From Bacteroides sp. (GTDB taxonomy: Bacteria > Bacteroidota > Bacteroidia > Bacteroidales > Bacteroidaceae), in contig JAXFUC010000011.1 in NCBI GenBank assembly GCA_034176395.1, forward strand, positions 14,235 to 78,234: a stretch of DNA of 64,000 bases, in the 5' to 3' direction. The notes below the pieces were generated by a model. The model was not told the origin of the DNA, ran no database searches, and saw only the letters and a list, made by a program, of their open reading frames with translations. Shown piece after piece: positions 21,074 through 31,077 of the stretch (positions are counted from its first letter, which is position 1; every line of letters starts with the position of its first letter). The position numbers were made by a program, and so were the translations under genes.

Positions 21074-22663
21074 TCAATCCTTGACGGTTTCCACAATGGG
21101 GTCTTGATACTGTGCTTGCAAGCGTCTCAGTTCAGTCTTCAATTCTTGGGCAATGGCTTCGGTCTCCGGCTTTCCGTACAGGTTGTGCATCTCGCTCGGA
21201 TCGTTTTGGAGGTCGTAGAGTTCCCAGCAATCGATGTCGCCATAGAAGCGGATGAGTTTGTATCTATCGGTTCGAATGCCAAAATGTCGGCGCACAGCGT
21301 GCTCGCCCGGATACTCGTAGAAGTGATAATACAGTCCCTTGCGTTCCTCTCGCAATTGCTCGCCCTTGAGCAGTGGCAAGAGGGAGATGCCGTGCATATC
21401 GGCCGGGATGTCCACACCTGCCAAGTCGAGCATGGTGGGCCCGTAGTCGATGTTTTGCACCAAGTCGGCAATGTCGCCTTTGCGACCGCCCGGCAAACGC
21501 ATCAACAACGGTGTGCGGAAAGACTCTTCGTACATAAACCGCTTGTCAAACCAACCGTGTTCGCCCATATAGAAGCCCTGATCGGAAGTGTAGACAATCA
21601 GCGTATTCTCCATCAATCCTTTGGCTTCCAAGTAGTCCAAGAGTTGTCCCACATTGCGGTCGATGGAGTGGATAACCCGTAGATAGTCGCGCATATACTG
21701 CCGATACTTCCATTCGGCCAAGGCCTTTCCGCTCAGCTTGGCTGCTTTGAACCGGGCAATGATGGGATCGTAGTGTGCGTCCCATGCTGCTTTCTGTTCG
21801 GGATTGAGGGCGCTGTACATCCGTCGTCCGGCTGCTTCGAGTTCGGGGTTTGAATGAATCTGGTTCTCTTTATCGGCCATCTTGAGGTCGTAGACCAAGT
21901 CCATGTCGTGAATGATACTCATTTCCTGTCGTGCAGCCGCTTCCCTACCGTCATAGGTGTCGTAGAAATTGGCGGGAAGTGGGAACTCTGCGTCCTTGAA
22001 CAGCTCCAAATCTCGGAGGTCAGGCATCCATGTGCGATGCGGAGCTTTGTGATGCACGAAGAGACAGAAAGGCTTATCGGGATTGCGCAGGCTGTCGAGC
22101 CATTGCGTTGCCACCTCGGTCACAATGTTGGTGGCATATCCTTGACGCTGTATCTTCTCGCCGTTGCGAATGAAGTAAGGATTGTAGTATTCTCCTTGCC
22201 CTATAAGTATGTCCCAATAATCGAAGCCTGTGGGGTCTGAGTGCAGGTGCCACTTGCCTATCATGGCCGTTTGGTAGCCGGCGGCCTGCAAAAGTTTGGG
22301 GAAGGTTTGTTGACTTCCATCGAAGGTGGTGGAGTTGTTGGTGAACCCATTGGCATGGCTATGCTTGCCGGTGAGCATGCAGGCACGGCTGGGACCGCTG
22401 ATGGAGTTGGCCACAAAACTATTGGTGAAGCGCACTCCGTCTTTGGCAATGCGGTCGATATTGGGGGTCTCGATGAAGCGATTGTCGTATGCGCTGATGG
22501 TTTGATAGGAATGATCATCGCACATGATATAGACGATGTTCATGGGACGTGGAGTCGTTTCGGATGTGTTCGCTTTTTTATTACCACAAGCAGACAAGGT
22601 GGTGACTGCGGCAGCACCGGTCAGTGAGTAAAGAAAGGCGGAAGTCAATGTTTTCATCGTCAT
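21074..22663 (-). CDS. Lipoprotein Ser-type S1 sulfatase (resembles GlcNAc-6-sulfatases)
   Basis: CDDH metal ligands, SISGPSRACMLTG (SxPSR), GYQTAMIGKWHL, lipobox LSA-C; start at 22663 or 22657. Confidence 0.88.
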   Translation of the reverse strand: MTMKTLTSAFLYSLTGAAAVTTLSACGNKKANTSETTPRPMNIVYIMCDDHSYQTISAYDNRFIETPNIDRIAKDGVRFTNSFVANSISGPSRACMLTGKHSHANGFTNNSTTFDGSQQTFPKLLQAAGYQTAMIGKWHLHSDPTGFDYWDILIGQGEYYNPYFIRNGEKIQRQGYATNIVTEVATQWLDSLRNPDKPFCLFVHHKAPHRTWMPDLRDLELFKDAEFPLPANFYDTYDGREAAARQEMSIIHDMDLVYDLKMADKENQIHSNPELEAAGRRMYSALNPEQKAAWDAHYDPIIARFKAAKLSGKALAEWKYRQYMRDYLRVIHSIDRNVGQLLDYLEAKGLMENTLIVYTSDQGFYMGEHGWFDKRFMYEESFRTPLLMRLPGGRKGDIADLVQNIDYGPTMLDLAGVDIPADMHGISLLPLLKGEQLREERKGLYYHFYEYPGEHAVRRHFGIRTDRYKLIRFYGDIDCWELYDLQNDPSEMHNLYGKPETEAIAQELKTELRRLQAQYQDPIVETVKD

Positions 22664-22733
22664 ATAAGGATTTGAGGACACGTTCGGCAATCGTTCGGCA
22701 AGTATCCAAAGCCAGGAAGTCACGGACGGGCAG

Positions 22734-22741
22734 CAAAGTTA
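22734..22741 (-). promoter_or_regulatory. Housekeeping promoter -7 element (TAACTTTG)
   Basis: TAnnTTTG on minus strand about 70 bp upstream of the sulfatase start. Confidence 0.55.
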
Positions 22742-22852
22742 ATCGCTTTCGCTTACGAACAAAAAATTCTTCCCAAGTTTGTGAACTCGGAGGCTGTGTG
22801 CAAATCGCGACAGATTGGCCGTCACAAACCTATACGCTCACACCCAACTGGC

Positions 22853-22955
22853 CCTCTCCCCGCACTTGGCTCACAAACCACCCACACTTACCGAATAAAG
22901 TGCCTACACTTTGCCGGCAAAGTGTGGGCACTCACCGACTCAAGTGCAAACACAT
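22853..22955. repeat. 22-bp repeat family copy with central 36-bp palindrome
   Basis: AAGTGCCTACACTTTG-ccgg-CAAAGTGTGGGCACTC at 22898-22933, flanked by degenerate units at 22-bp period; 22917-22940 reverse complement matches 10502-10525 at 23/24. Confidence 0.85.
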
Positions 22956-23110
22956 TCCACATGGATATTCTTCACTTCAAATGCGCCATGCCTGCGCCTT
23001 GCAACTCGACCGAATATGATCGCCATCCATCGCACCGCCACAAGCATGAAGCGAGGTCAATGCCCGGGAGAAAAACATTTCCCTGCTCGGAAAGCAAGCC
23101 CAAGGCTCAA

Positions 23111-23145
23111 AAAAAGCAAGAACCTACACCGGGTTCTTGCTTTTT
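23111..23145. terminator. Perfect 14-bp inverted repeat with A/T tails (bidirectional terminator-like)
   Basis: AAAAAGCAAGAACC-tacaccg-GGTTCTTGCTTTTT. Confidence 0.65.
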
Positions 23146-23149
23146 AAGT

Positions 23150-23157
23150 TACCTTTG
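23150..23157 (+). promoter_or_regulatory. Housekeeping promoter -7 element (TACCTTTG)
   Basis: TAnnTTTG 35 bp upstream of ATG 23192. Confidence 0.6.
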
Positions 23158-23191
23158 CCTGTACAACATTTACCTAAAAGACCTTTTGCCT

Positions 23192-24565
23192 ATGTTTTCC
23201 AAAGAGACCTACGTGCAACGCCGGGCGTTGCTCAAACAGAAACTTGGGTCGGGCCTACTCCTTTTCCTGGGAAATGACGAGTGTGGGCTCAACTATGAAG
23301 ACAACACCTTTCGCTATCGTCAAGACTCTACTTTCTTGTATTACTTCGGCTTGTCGGCTGCCGGCCTATCGGCCATCATCGACATCGACGAAAATCGTGA
23401 AATCATCTTCGGCGACGAATTGTCGATGGACGCCATCGTGTGGATGGGCAATCAGCCCACCCTGCGGGAAAGAGCCGAGCAAGTGGGCATTGTCGAAGTG
23501 TCGCCCGCAGCCGAAGTAGTCAACTACCTGCGCGCAGCCACAGCACGTCGCCAAGCTATTCATTACCTCCCCCCTTATCGACCCGAGCACAAGCTCAAGC
23601 TGATGGACTGGCTGGGCACGCATCCATCGCGTCAAATCGGGTCCGTACCTTTCATCCGCGCCATCGTGGCACAACGCAGCTACAAGTCCGACGAAGAAAT
23701 CGTCGAAATAGAGCGCGCCTGCAACGTCACGGCCGACATGCACATCGCCGCCACAAAACTTTTGAGACCGGGTATGTACGAATATGAGGTGGTGGCCGAG
23801 ATGAACCGCGTGGCCCAAGCTGCCAACTGCGAGCTATCGTTTGCCACCATTGCTACCATCAACGGACAAACCTTGCACAATCACTACCACGGCAATTTGG
23901 TGAAACCCGGAGACTTATTCCTCATCGACGCAGGCGCCGAAGTGGAGTCGGGCTACGCAGGCGATATGTCTTCGACCATACCCGCCAACACCACCTACAC
24001 CACCCGTCAACGCGAGGTGTACACCATACAAAACCGAATGCATTTGGCCGCTGTCGAAGCTCTCAAACCGGGCATCCCCTATGTGGAGGTTTATGATTTG
24101 ACAGCTCGCATCCTGATAGAAGGCATGAAAGAGCTGGGGCTGATGAAGGGCGATGTTTCGGAAGCCGTTCGCGAAGGAGCTCACGCCTTGTTCTACCCCC
24201 ACGGGTTGGGCCATATGATGGGGTTGGACGTACACGATATGGAGAACCTCGGCGAGGTATGGGTGGGCTACGACGGCCAAGCCAAGAGTACACAGTTCGG
24301 CCGCAAATCGTTGCGCTTGGGACGCAAACTCGAGCCCGGTTTTGTACTCACCGTGGAACCCGGCGTTTACTTCATCCCGCAGCTCATCGACCGATGGGCC
24401 GGCGAGAAGCGTTTTGCCGACTTCATCAACTACGACAAGGTGATGACCTACAAAGACTTCGGCGGTATTCGTAACGAGGAAGATTATCTCATCACCCCCG
24501 ATGGAGCACGCCGACTGGGCAAGAAAATCCCCCTCACTCCCGAAGAGGTGGAAGCCTTGCGATAA
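23192..24565 (+). CDS. pepP: Xaa-Pro aminopeptidase (M24B)
   Basis: FRQDSTFLYYFG N-domain; LIDAG, YAGDMS, HGLGHMMGLDVHD, TVEPG and GGIRNEED metal ligands; start at MFSKET. Confidence 0.9.
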   Translation: MFSKETYVQRRALLKQKLGSGLLLFLGNDECGLNYEDNTFRYRQDSTFLYYFGLSAAGLSAIIDIDENREIIFGDELSMDAIVWMGNQPTLRERAEQVGIVEVSPAAEVVNYLRAATARRQAIHYLPPYRPEHKLKLMDWLGTHPSRQIGSVPFIRAIVAQRSYKSDEEIVEIERACNVTADMHIAATKLLRPGMYEYEVVAEMNRVAQAANCELSFATIATINGQTLHNHYHGNLVKPGDLFLIDAGAEVESGYAGDMSSTIPANTTYTTRQREVYTIQNRMHLAAVEALKPGIPYVEVYDLTARILIEGMKELGLMKGDVSEAVREGAHALFYPHGLGHMMGLDVHDMENLGEVWVGYDGQAKSTQFGRKSLRLGRKLEPGFVLTVEPGVYFIPQLIDRWAGEKRFADFINYDKVMTYKDFGGIRNEEDYLITPDGARRLGKKIPLTPEEVEALR

Positions 24566-24574
24566 ACGATCCAC

Positions 24575-24625
24575 ACATCAATGGTCGCACCTCTGTAAAA
24601 GACAAAGGGCGGCCATTGATGTTTC
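24575..24625 (+). terminator. Probable terminator after pepP
   Basis: ACATCAATGGTCGC...GCGGCCATTGATGT-TTC stem with long loop and short T-run. Confidence 0.55.
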
Positions 24626-24831
24626 AAAACGCCACAGCGTAGCCAAGAAGCGACGAACATTGCCCCTCTGTATCGCTTCGACAAGGCAACGAATCGCGTG
24701 GCTCACAAAAGGGACGACGCTCGGCTCACAGCCTCACTTCGGTAGCCGCAAACCTCCATTCACAAGAGATTAGAGAGATTTCGCCCCGAGAAAAAACTCT
24801 TGGGTTTCCGCGGTTTCCAACAAAAACTCCC

Positions 24832-24839
24832 TACTTTTG
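24832..24839 (+). promoter_or_regulatory. Housekeeping promoter -7 element (TACTTTTG)
   Basis: TAnnTTTG 32 bp upstream of the Crp-family gene. Confidence 0.6.
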
Positions 24840-24850
24840 TGCTCAACAAC

Positions 24851-24866
24851 ATTGTTTTAGAACAAC
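24851..24866. promoter_or_regulatory. Candidate Cur/Crp binding site (ATTGTT-TTAG-AACAAC)
   Basis: Core TGTT-nTAn-AACA matches the Bacteroides Cur (BT4338) consensus as I recall it (TATGTTnTAnAACATA); lies between promoter and ATG. Confidence 0.5.
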
Positions 24867-24870
24867 GATT

Positions 24871-25572
24871 ATGGGAGGAACGCAAGTCTCGAACACCGAA
24901 GTGGAGCAAACCTTGGGCGACATGCTGCAAGTGCTGAACGAAGAACAGCGAGTGGAGTTGTTGAAAAACTATGAAGTACAAACGTTCAAGAAGAACGAAT
25001 GCATCTACTGCGAAGGCGATCGCCCCCAATCCTTGATGTGCCTCATCCGTGGCAAGGTAAAGATATTCAAAGAAGGCGTGGGCGGACGCAACCAAATCAT
25101 CCGCATGATCAAACCCGGAGAGTACTTTGCCTATCGTGCCTACTTTGCCAACGAACACTTTGTGACTGCGGCCTCGGCCGTAGAACCCTCGTGCCTCTGC
25201 CTTGTTCCCATGACATTCATCAGCGAACTGGTAAAACAAAACAACTCCTTGGCCTTGTTCTTCATCAATCAGCTTTCCAAAGATTTGGGCATAGCCGATG
25301 AACGCACCGTGAGCCTCACCCAAAAACACATTCGCGGTCGTTTGGCCGAAGCGTTGTTATTCCTTAAAGAAAGCTATGGAGTGGAAGAAGACGGCTGCAC
25401 CCTGAGCATATATCTGGCACGCGAGGACTTGGCCAACCTATCCAATATGACCACAGCCAATGCCATTCGCACCCTCTCGCTCTTTGCCACCGAGAGACTC
25501 ATCACCATCGACGGACGCAAAATTCGCATCATCGACGAAGAACGCCTTAAAAGAGTCAGCAAGATAGGCTAA
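24871..25572 (+). CDS. Crp/Fnr family transcriptional regulator, likely Cur (BT4338/MalR) ortholog
   Basis: cNMP-binding fold ([25 protein letters not shown]), [12 protein letters not shown] helix, [13 protein letters not shown]-type HTH, C-terminal SKIG. Confidence 0.88.
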   Translation: MGGTQVSNTEVEQTLGDMLQVLNEEQRVELLKNYEVQTFKKNECIYCEGDRPQSLMCLIRGKVKIFKEGVGGRNQIIRMIKPGEYFAYRAYFANEHFVTAASAVEPSCLCLVPMTFISELVKQNNSLALFFINQLSKDLGIADERTVSLTQKHIRGRLAEALLFLKESYGVEEDGCTLSIYLAREDLANLSNMTTANAIRTLSLFATERLITIDGRKIRIIDEERLKRVSKIG

Positions 25573-25606
25573 GTCCATTCAATCTCACCCCGTAAAACAT
25601 CCCCTC

Positions 25607-26341
25607 GTGAATCTCATCATAGACATCGGAAACACTGCGGCCAAGCTGGCCCTATTCGCCGAACAAGCATCCGAACCCGAGCGAGTAATCGTAACCTCCA
25701 ACCAAACATTGGAACTATTGGAAACAACCGTGGAGGAGTATGCCGACCGGCTGGAAGGAGGTATCGCGTCCACGGTGATCGACCTTCAGCCACAGATATA
25801 CGATCGTCTAAGAGCCCTCCCCTTCCCCTTACAGTGGCTCACACACGAAACCAAACTTCCTTTCAATAACCTATATCGAAGCCCGCAAACCCTCGGTACC
25901 GACCGTTTGGCAGCCGTGGCAGGTGCTTACTACGAACACCCCGGCCGCAACATCTTGATCATCGATGCGGGTACTTGCATCACCTATGATTTCATAGACA
26001 GCCAAGGCAACTATCACGGCGGCAACATCTCGCCGGGCATGCAGATGCGACTGCGTGCCATGCACTTACAAACCGGACGTTTGCCTTTGGTAGAAGCACA
26101 AGGAGAACGGCCTGCGCTGGGCGTGGACACAGAGACCGCCATCCGTAGCGGTGTGTGGCAAGGAATCGCTTATGAGATACAAGGCTATCTACAAACTTTG
26201 AGCAAGGAACACGACGACCTTTTGACTTTTTTAACGGGGGGGGATGTCATTTCCTTTGATGCAAGCATAAAAAATAGCATCTTTGCCGATGAAAATTTAG
26301 TATTGAAAGGCTTAAACAGACTCTTAACAAGCAGCCAATGA
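25607..26341 (+). CDS. coaX: Type III pantothenate kinase
   Basis: [36 protein letters not shown] motifs; GTG start. Confidence 0.93.
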   Translation: MNLIIDIGNTAAKLALFAEQASEPERVIVTSNQTLELLETTVEEYADRLEGGIASTVIDLQPQIYDRLRALPFPLQWLTHETKLPFNNLYRSPQTLGTDRLAAVAGAYYEHPGRNILIIDAGTCITYDFIDSQGNYHGGNISPGMQMRLRAMHLQTGRLPLVEAQGERPALGVDTETAIRSGVWQGIAYEIQGYLQTLSKEHDDLLTFLTGGDVISFDASIKNSIFADENLVLKGLNRLLTSSQ

Positions 26342-27600
26342 AGAAATATAAGAATGTGGTGATCGTATGCCTACTTATGGCAGTCAGTTTGGGAGTTGAG
26401 GCACAAAACAACACAAACTCGCCTTACACACGATATGGCTATGGCCTCTTGGGCGACCAATCGCTTGCCGCCAACAAAGGCATGGCAGGTCTTGGGTATG
26501 CCATCCGCGAAAAAGGGCATATCAATCCACTCAACCCGGCTTCCTACACGGCAGTGGATTCACTGACTTTTCTCATCGAAGGAGGAGTGAGTCTGCAAAA
26601 TATATACATGGTACAAAACGGAGTGAAACTCAATGCTAAGAACTCATCGTTTGACTACGTGACCATGCAGTTTCGCCTTAGGAAAGGGTTGGGCATGAGC
26701 CTCGGTTTGTTGCCCTATTCCAACGCCGGCTACTCTTTCTCGGACACCCGTACCATGGAGAATGGCGAAGCCTATAGCCGCAGCTATACCGGCAACGGAG
26801 GTCTCCACCAAGTTTATGCCGGCCTGGGATTTGAAGTAGTCAAAGGTCTCTCTATCGGAGCGAACGTGTCCTATCTGTGGGGAGAGATCGATCGCACCCG
26901 CACCTTGGTCTATCCCGGCAGTTCGTCCAACACGAACTACAACCAGGTGTCCAACATTTCGATTCGCGATTATAAGTTTGATGTAGGCGTCCAATACGTA
27001 CTTTCGATGGGAGGCAAACACCAACTACTGACGGGTGTGACCTATACGCCTCAGCGTAAATTGAAGAATACACACACCCTAACCACCGAAGGAAGCACCT
27101 CTAATACAAAGAGTGAGAGCCTAACACTGGGACTGCCTGCCACCTATGGTGCGGGTATAGCCTACCAATACGGAAACCGCTGGACCGTAGGAGCCGATTA
27201 CCGGTTGGAGCAATGGAACAAAGTACCCTTTGCCTCCACAGACCCAAACACCGACTTTGCAGCAACTTTCGACTTGGCAGATAGCCACCGATTTGCCTTG
27301 GGAGCAACTTATCAGCCCAATGAATATGCACGTTCCATGTTCAAGCGCATGAAGTACCGCATGGGGGCTCACTACGCTCTTCCTTACTACAAGATAGGCG
27401 GCAAACGGGCCACACGCGAATACGGAGCCTCGGTCGGAATTAGCCTCCCCCTACCTCGTTCTCGTTCACTCGTCAGCCTCTCGGGCCAGTATGTTCGCAT
27501 TCAGGGTCAGGAAGCCGGCTTTTCCAATGAGAATATGTTTCGTTTAAGCATAGGGGTGACCTTCAACGAAATTTGGTTCTTCAAACGAAAGGTGAATTAA
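26338..27600 (+). CDS. Conserved outer-membrane beta-barrel protein (FadL/OmpP1-like)
   Basis: Signal peptide, N-terminal [10 protein letters not shown] and INPLNPASY motifs, alternating beta-strands, aromatic C-terminus (WFFKRKVN). Confidence 0.7.
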   Translation: MKKYKNVVIVCLLMAVSLGVEAQNNTNSPYTRYGYGLLGDQSLAANKGMAGLGYAIREKGHINPLNPASYTAVDSLTFLIEGGVSLQNIYMVQNGVKLNAKNSSFDYVTMQFRLRKGLGMSLGLLPYSNAGYSFSDTRTMENGEAYSRSYTGNGGLHQVYAGLGFEVVKGLSIGANVSYLWGEIDRTRTLVYPGSSSNTNYNQVSNISIRDYKFDVGVQYVLSMGGKHQLLTGVTYTPQRKLKNTHTLTTEGSTSNTKSESLTLGLPATYGAGIAYQYGNRWTVGADYRLEQWNKVPFASTDPNTDFAATFDLADSHRFALGATYQPNEYARSMFKRMKYRMGAHYALPYYKIGGKRATREYGASVGISLPLPRSRSLVSLSGQYVRIQGQEAGFSNENMFRLSIGVTFNEIWFFKRKVN

Positions 27601-27677
27601 ACGAAACGTGGCAGCGAATCCTCGTTTAACGCATAGCATAAAAACACACAACAATAGTAACAAAAAACAGAAGTGAA

Positions 27678-29009
27678 ATGAAGATGAAAAAGCTTGTGAC
27701 TATTTTTCTCCTCTCGGCAGCTACTTCGATGACTGCCGTGGCGCAAGATTCCGGAAACAATTGCAACGCGAACAGCAGCATTTCTCACGAAGCAGTGCGC
27801 TCCGGAAACTTCAAAGACGCATACCAACCCTGGAAAGCCGTGTTGACTGAGTGTCCGACATTGCGTTTCTATACTTTTTCCGACGGTTACAAAATCTTGA
27901 AGGCATTCTTGGAAGGAATCAAGGACCGCAATTCGGAGGAATACAAAAAGTACTTCAATGAGTTGATGGAGACACACGACTTGCGCATGAAGTACACTCC
28001 GGAGTTCTTGGAAAAAGGTGTTCGTGTGTCATCGGTCGAAGAAGCCTTGGGCGTAAAAGCGGTGGACTACATTGTCTACGCACCCAATATGGATGTGAAT
28101 ACTGCCTACGGCTGGTTGTCACAATCGGTTAATGCAGTTAAATCGGAAGCCAACCCGGCTACCTTGTTTTACTTCCTGCACATGTCGCTGGAACGCCTGA
28201 AAAGCGATGCTACTCACAAAGAGCAATTTATCCAAGACTACTTGAGCGCATCGGACTATGTAAACCAAGCCATCGAAAACACTGAAAAAGAAAACCAAAA
28301 GAAAGCTCTTTCGGACATTCGCGATAACTTGGTAGCATTGTTTATCAATAGCGGAACTGCCGATTGCGAATCGCTGCAATCCATCTACGGTCCCAAAGTG
28401 GAAGAGAACAAAGAGGACTTGGCTTACTTGAAGAAAGTCATCGAAATCATGCGCGTGATGAAATGCACCGAGAGCGAAGCCTACCTGCAAGCCTCATACT
28501 ACTCTTATCGCATTGAACCGACAGCAGAAGCCGCTGCGGGTTGTGCATACATGTCTTTCAAGAAAGGAGACATTGATGCTGCCGTGAAATTCTTCGATGA
28601 GTCCATTGCATTGGAAGCAGACAACCAAAAGAAAGCAGAGAAGGCATATGCCACAGCAGTGGTGTTGGCCTCTGCCAAGCGTTACTCGCAAGCTCGTTCT
28701 TACTGTCAAAAGGCTTTGAGCTTTAACGACAACTACGGTGCTGCGCACATCTTGATTGCAAATCTATACGCCAGCAGCCCCAATTGGAGCGACGAACCTG
28801 CACTCAACAAATGCACCTACTTCGTGGTGATCGACCGCTTGCAGCGTGCCCGGTCGGTAGACCCCTCGGTAGCGGAGGAGGCCGGTCGACTCATTGGCCG
28901 TTACTCTGCCCACACGCCGCAAGCCAAAGATCTGTTCATGTTGGGCTACAAACAAGGCGACCGCATCACAATCGGAGGTTGGATAGGCGAGTCAACTACC
29001 ATCCGATAA
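27678..29009 (+). CDS. Secreted tetratricopeptide-repeat protein
   Basis: Signal peptide; helical Ala-rich TPR-like repeats in the C-terminal half. Confidence 0.7.
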   Translation: MKMKKLVTIFLLSAATSMTAVAQDSGNNCNANSSISHEAVRSGNFKDAYQPWKAVLTECPTLRFYTFSDGYKILKAFLEGIKDRNSEEYKKYFNELMETHDLRMKYTPEFLEKGVRVSSVEEALGVKAVDYIVYAPNMDVNTAYGWLSQSVNAVKSEANPATLFYFLHMSLERLKSDATHKEQFIQDYLSASDYVNQAIENTEKENQKKALSDIRDNLVALFINSGTADCESLQSIYGPKVEENKEDLAYLKKVIEIMRVMKCTESEAYLQASYYSYRIEPTAEAAAGCAYMSFKKGDIDAAVKFFDESIALEADNQKKAEKAYATAVVLASAKRYSQARSYCQKALSFNDNYGAAHILIANLYASSPNWSDEPALNKCTYFVVIDRLQRARSVDPSVAEEAGRLIGRYSAHTPQAKDLFMLGYKQGDRITIGGWIGESTTIR

Positions 29010-29021
29010 GCAAAAAGGTTC

Positions 29022-29690
29022 ATGGAGTTTCGCAAAAGAAGCCATCCATCTCACCCTTATGCGAGCATAACAATTGCCCTTACGGCAATTGTTATGCTTC
29101 TTTTGTTCCCAGCCTGCGGCGGAGGACGAAAGTTGGATGTGGGGGCAGCCATCGCCGAGAGAGACTCCCTACCGCTCCTTGCCACCAAAGGAGTATCGAC
29201 TCTGATTTCAGATTCGGGCATGATTCGCTACCGCATCGACACCGAAGAATGGCTCATCTTCGACCGCAAAGATCCCCCGCATTGGGCCTTTGAAAAGGGC
29301 GTCTACTTGGAACAGTTCGATACCTTATTCCACAAAGAAGCCAGTATTAAAGCCGATACGGCCTATTATTTCGAGCGTGACAAACTGTGGAAACTAAAGG
29401 GGCGGGTTAATATCAACAACCGAAAAGGCGAACAGTTCGACACAGAACTTCTCTTTTGGAATCAGTCTACCCGAAAGATTTATTCCGATCGATTCATACG
29501 GATTCAACAACCCGACCGTATCATTACCGGCTATGGATTCGACTCCAACGAACAAATGACCATCTATACCATCCACAACATCGAAGGAATCTTTTACGTA
29601 GACGAGCAGGCCGAGTCGGGAGCCACCGCTACCGATTCCCTAAACAACGCATCTATCGCCAAAGATTCTTTGACGCACACCAAACCATGA
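29022..29690 (+). CDS. lptC: LPS export ABC transporter periplasmic protein LptC
   Basis: N-terminal TM, LISDSG..RYRI, WAFEKGVYLEQFD, ADTAYY, TELLFWNQ, GYGFDSN motifs. Confidence 0.8.
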   Translation: MEFRKRSHPSHPYASITIALTAIVMLLLFPACGGGRKLDVGAAIAERDSLPLLATKGVSTLISDSGMIRYRIDTEEWLIFDRKDPPHWAFEKGVYLEQFDTLFHKEASIKADTAYYFERDKLWKLKGRVNINNRKGEQFDTELLFWNQSTRKIYSDRFIRIQQPDRIITGYGFDSNEQMTIYTIHNIEGIFYVDEQAESGATATDSLNNASIAKDSLTHTKP

Positions 29691-30943
29691 GCAATCATCT
29701 TCTACTCCTCATCACTATGCTTTTTTCTGCATTCTTTTCCGGATCGGAAATCGCATTCGTGTCCGTCGACAAGCTGAGGCTGGAAATGGAACGTAAGGAT
29801 GGTCTCACTTCACGGATGCTCAACATCTTCTTCCGAAACCCCAACAATTTCATCTCCACACTGTTGGTGGGCAACAACATTGCCTTGGTAGTATACGGAA
29901 TTCTCATGGCGCAAATCATCGGTGAAGGTTGGATCAATCATTATGTTGAGAACGACTTCCTGCGCATGCTCTGCCAAACGGTCATTTCCACACTCATCAT
30001 CCTTTTTACGGGCGAGTTTCTTCCCAAAGCACTGTTTAAGATAGGTCCCAATCGACTACTGAAAGTCTTTGCCTTCCCACTCACTCTTTGCTACATCCTG
30101 CTTTACCCCATTTCCCTGTTGGCTTCTCACCTCTCTTACTTCTTTCTTAGGCTGGCCGGAATGAAAGTCAGCAAAGAAAGCTCGGCCAATGTTTTCACCA
30201 AAGTCGATCTGGACTACTTCGTACAAACGGGCATCAACAACAGCTCGGACGAGAAGGAATTGGATACCGAAGTCAAGATATTCCAAAACGCACTGGACTT
30301 TTCCAACATCAAGATACGCGACTGCATCGTTCCACGCACCGAAGTAGTTGCCGTCGACATCACCGCTTCACTCGAAGAATTGAAAAACCGTTTCATTGAA
30401 TCGGGCATCTCGAAGATCATTATCTACAACGGGAACATCGACAACGTAGTGGGCTACATACACTCCTCCGAAATGTTTCGCACAGCCGACGAATGGATGG
30501 GGCACGTCAAGGAAATCCCCATCGTGCCCGAGACCATGGCGGCCAGCAAACTGATGCGGCTCTTCATGCAACAAAAGAAAACCGTGGCCGTGGTGGTCGA
30601 TGAGTTCGGTGGCACCTCGGGCATCGTGTCTTTGGAAGACTTGGTGGAAGAGATCTTCGGTGACATCGAGGACGAGCACGATAACACCACTTATGTCTGC
30701 AAGCAGGTGAGCGAGAGCGAGTATGTTCTGTCCGCACGATTGGAAATAGAAAAGGTCAATGAGTCATTTGGCCTGAATCTGCCTACTTCGGACGATTACC
30801 TCACCGTGAGCGGATTGATTTTGAATCATTACCAGAGCTTTCCCAAACTTCATGAGCACATCGAAATCGGTCGTTTTTCATTCAAGGTACTGAAGAAGAC
30901 TGCCACCAAAATCGAGCTTGTAAAACTCAAGGTGCTGGAATAG
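29687..30943 (+). CDS. HlyC/CorC family transporter (CNNM + 2 CBS + CorC domain)
   Basis: [59 protein letters not shown]; ATG overlaps the lptC stop. Confidence 0.9.
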   Translation: MSNHLLLLITMLFSAFFSGSEIAFVSVDKLRLEMERKDGLTSRMLNIFFRNPNNFISTLLVGNNIALVVYGILMAQIIGEGWINHYVENDFLRMLCQTVISTLIILFTGEFLPKALFKIGPNRLLKVFAFPLTLCYILLYPISLLASHLSYFFLRLAGMKVSKESSANVFTKVDLDYFVQTGINNSSDEKELDTEVKIFQNALDFSNIKIRDCIVPRTEVVAVDITASLEELKNRFIESGISKIIIYNGNIDNVVGYIHSSEMFRTADEWMGHVKEIPIVPETMAASKLMRLFMQQKKTVAVVVDEFGGTSGIVSLEDLVEEIFGDIEDEHDNTTYVCKQVSESEYVLSARLEIEKVNESFGLNLPTSDDYLTVSGLILNHYQSFPKLHEHIEIGRFSFKVLKKTATKIELVKLKVLE

Positions 30944-30998
30944 CCGCACATACCCACCTTTTTTTGCATAGAATTTGGGGGTCGGAATTCATTTTTCG

Positions 30999-31006
30999 TA
31001 TCTTCG
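30999..31006 (+). promoter_or_regulatory. Possible -7 promoter variant (TATCTTCG)
   Basis: One mismatch to TAnnTTTG; in the intergenic gap before ppiD. Confidence 0.4.
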
Positions 31007-31077
31007 TGCCCTAAAATCCTTAAATTGGGAAGCAACTGTAAACCGAAGAACAATTAACAACATAAAATAAACTCAAA

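Noticed and set aside
22781-23191. Long N-terminal extensions in the ORF track (pepP; also GNAT, parE, CorC, pdxA, lptE, susD 59293, tlpA 63993)
   Set aside because: They cross promoters, repeats or upstream genes; family motifs or signal peptides begin at the downstream ATGs used here.
29687-30943. 'Hemolysin' as a toxin
   Set aside because: CNNM-CBS-CorC architecture indicates a Mg/Co transport-related housekeeping protein.
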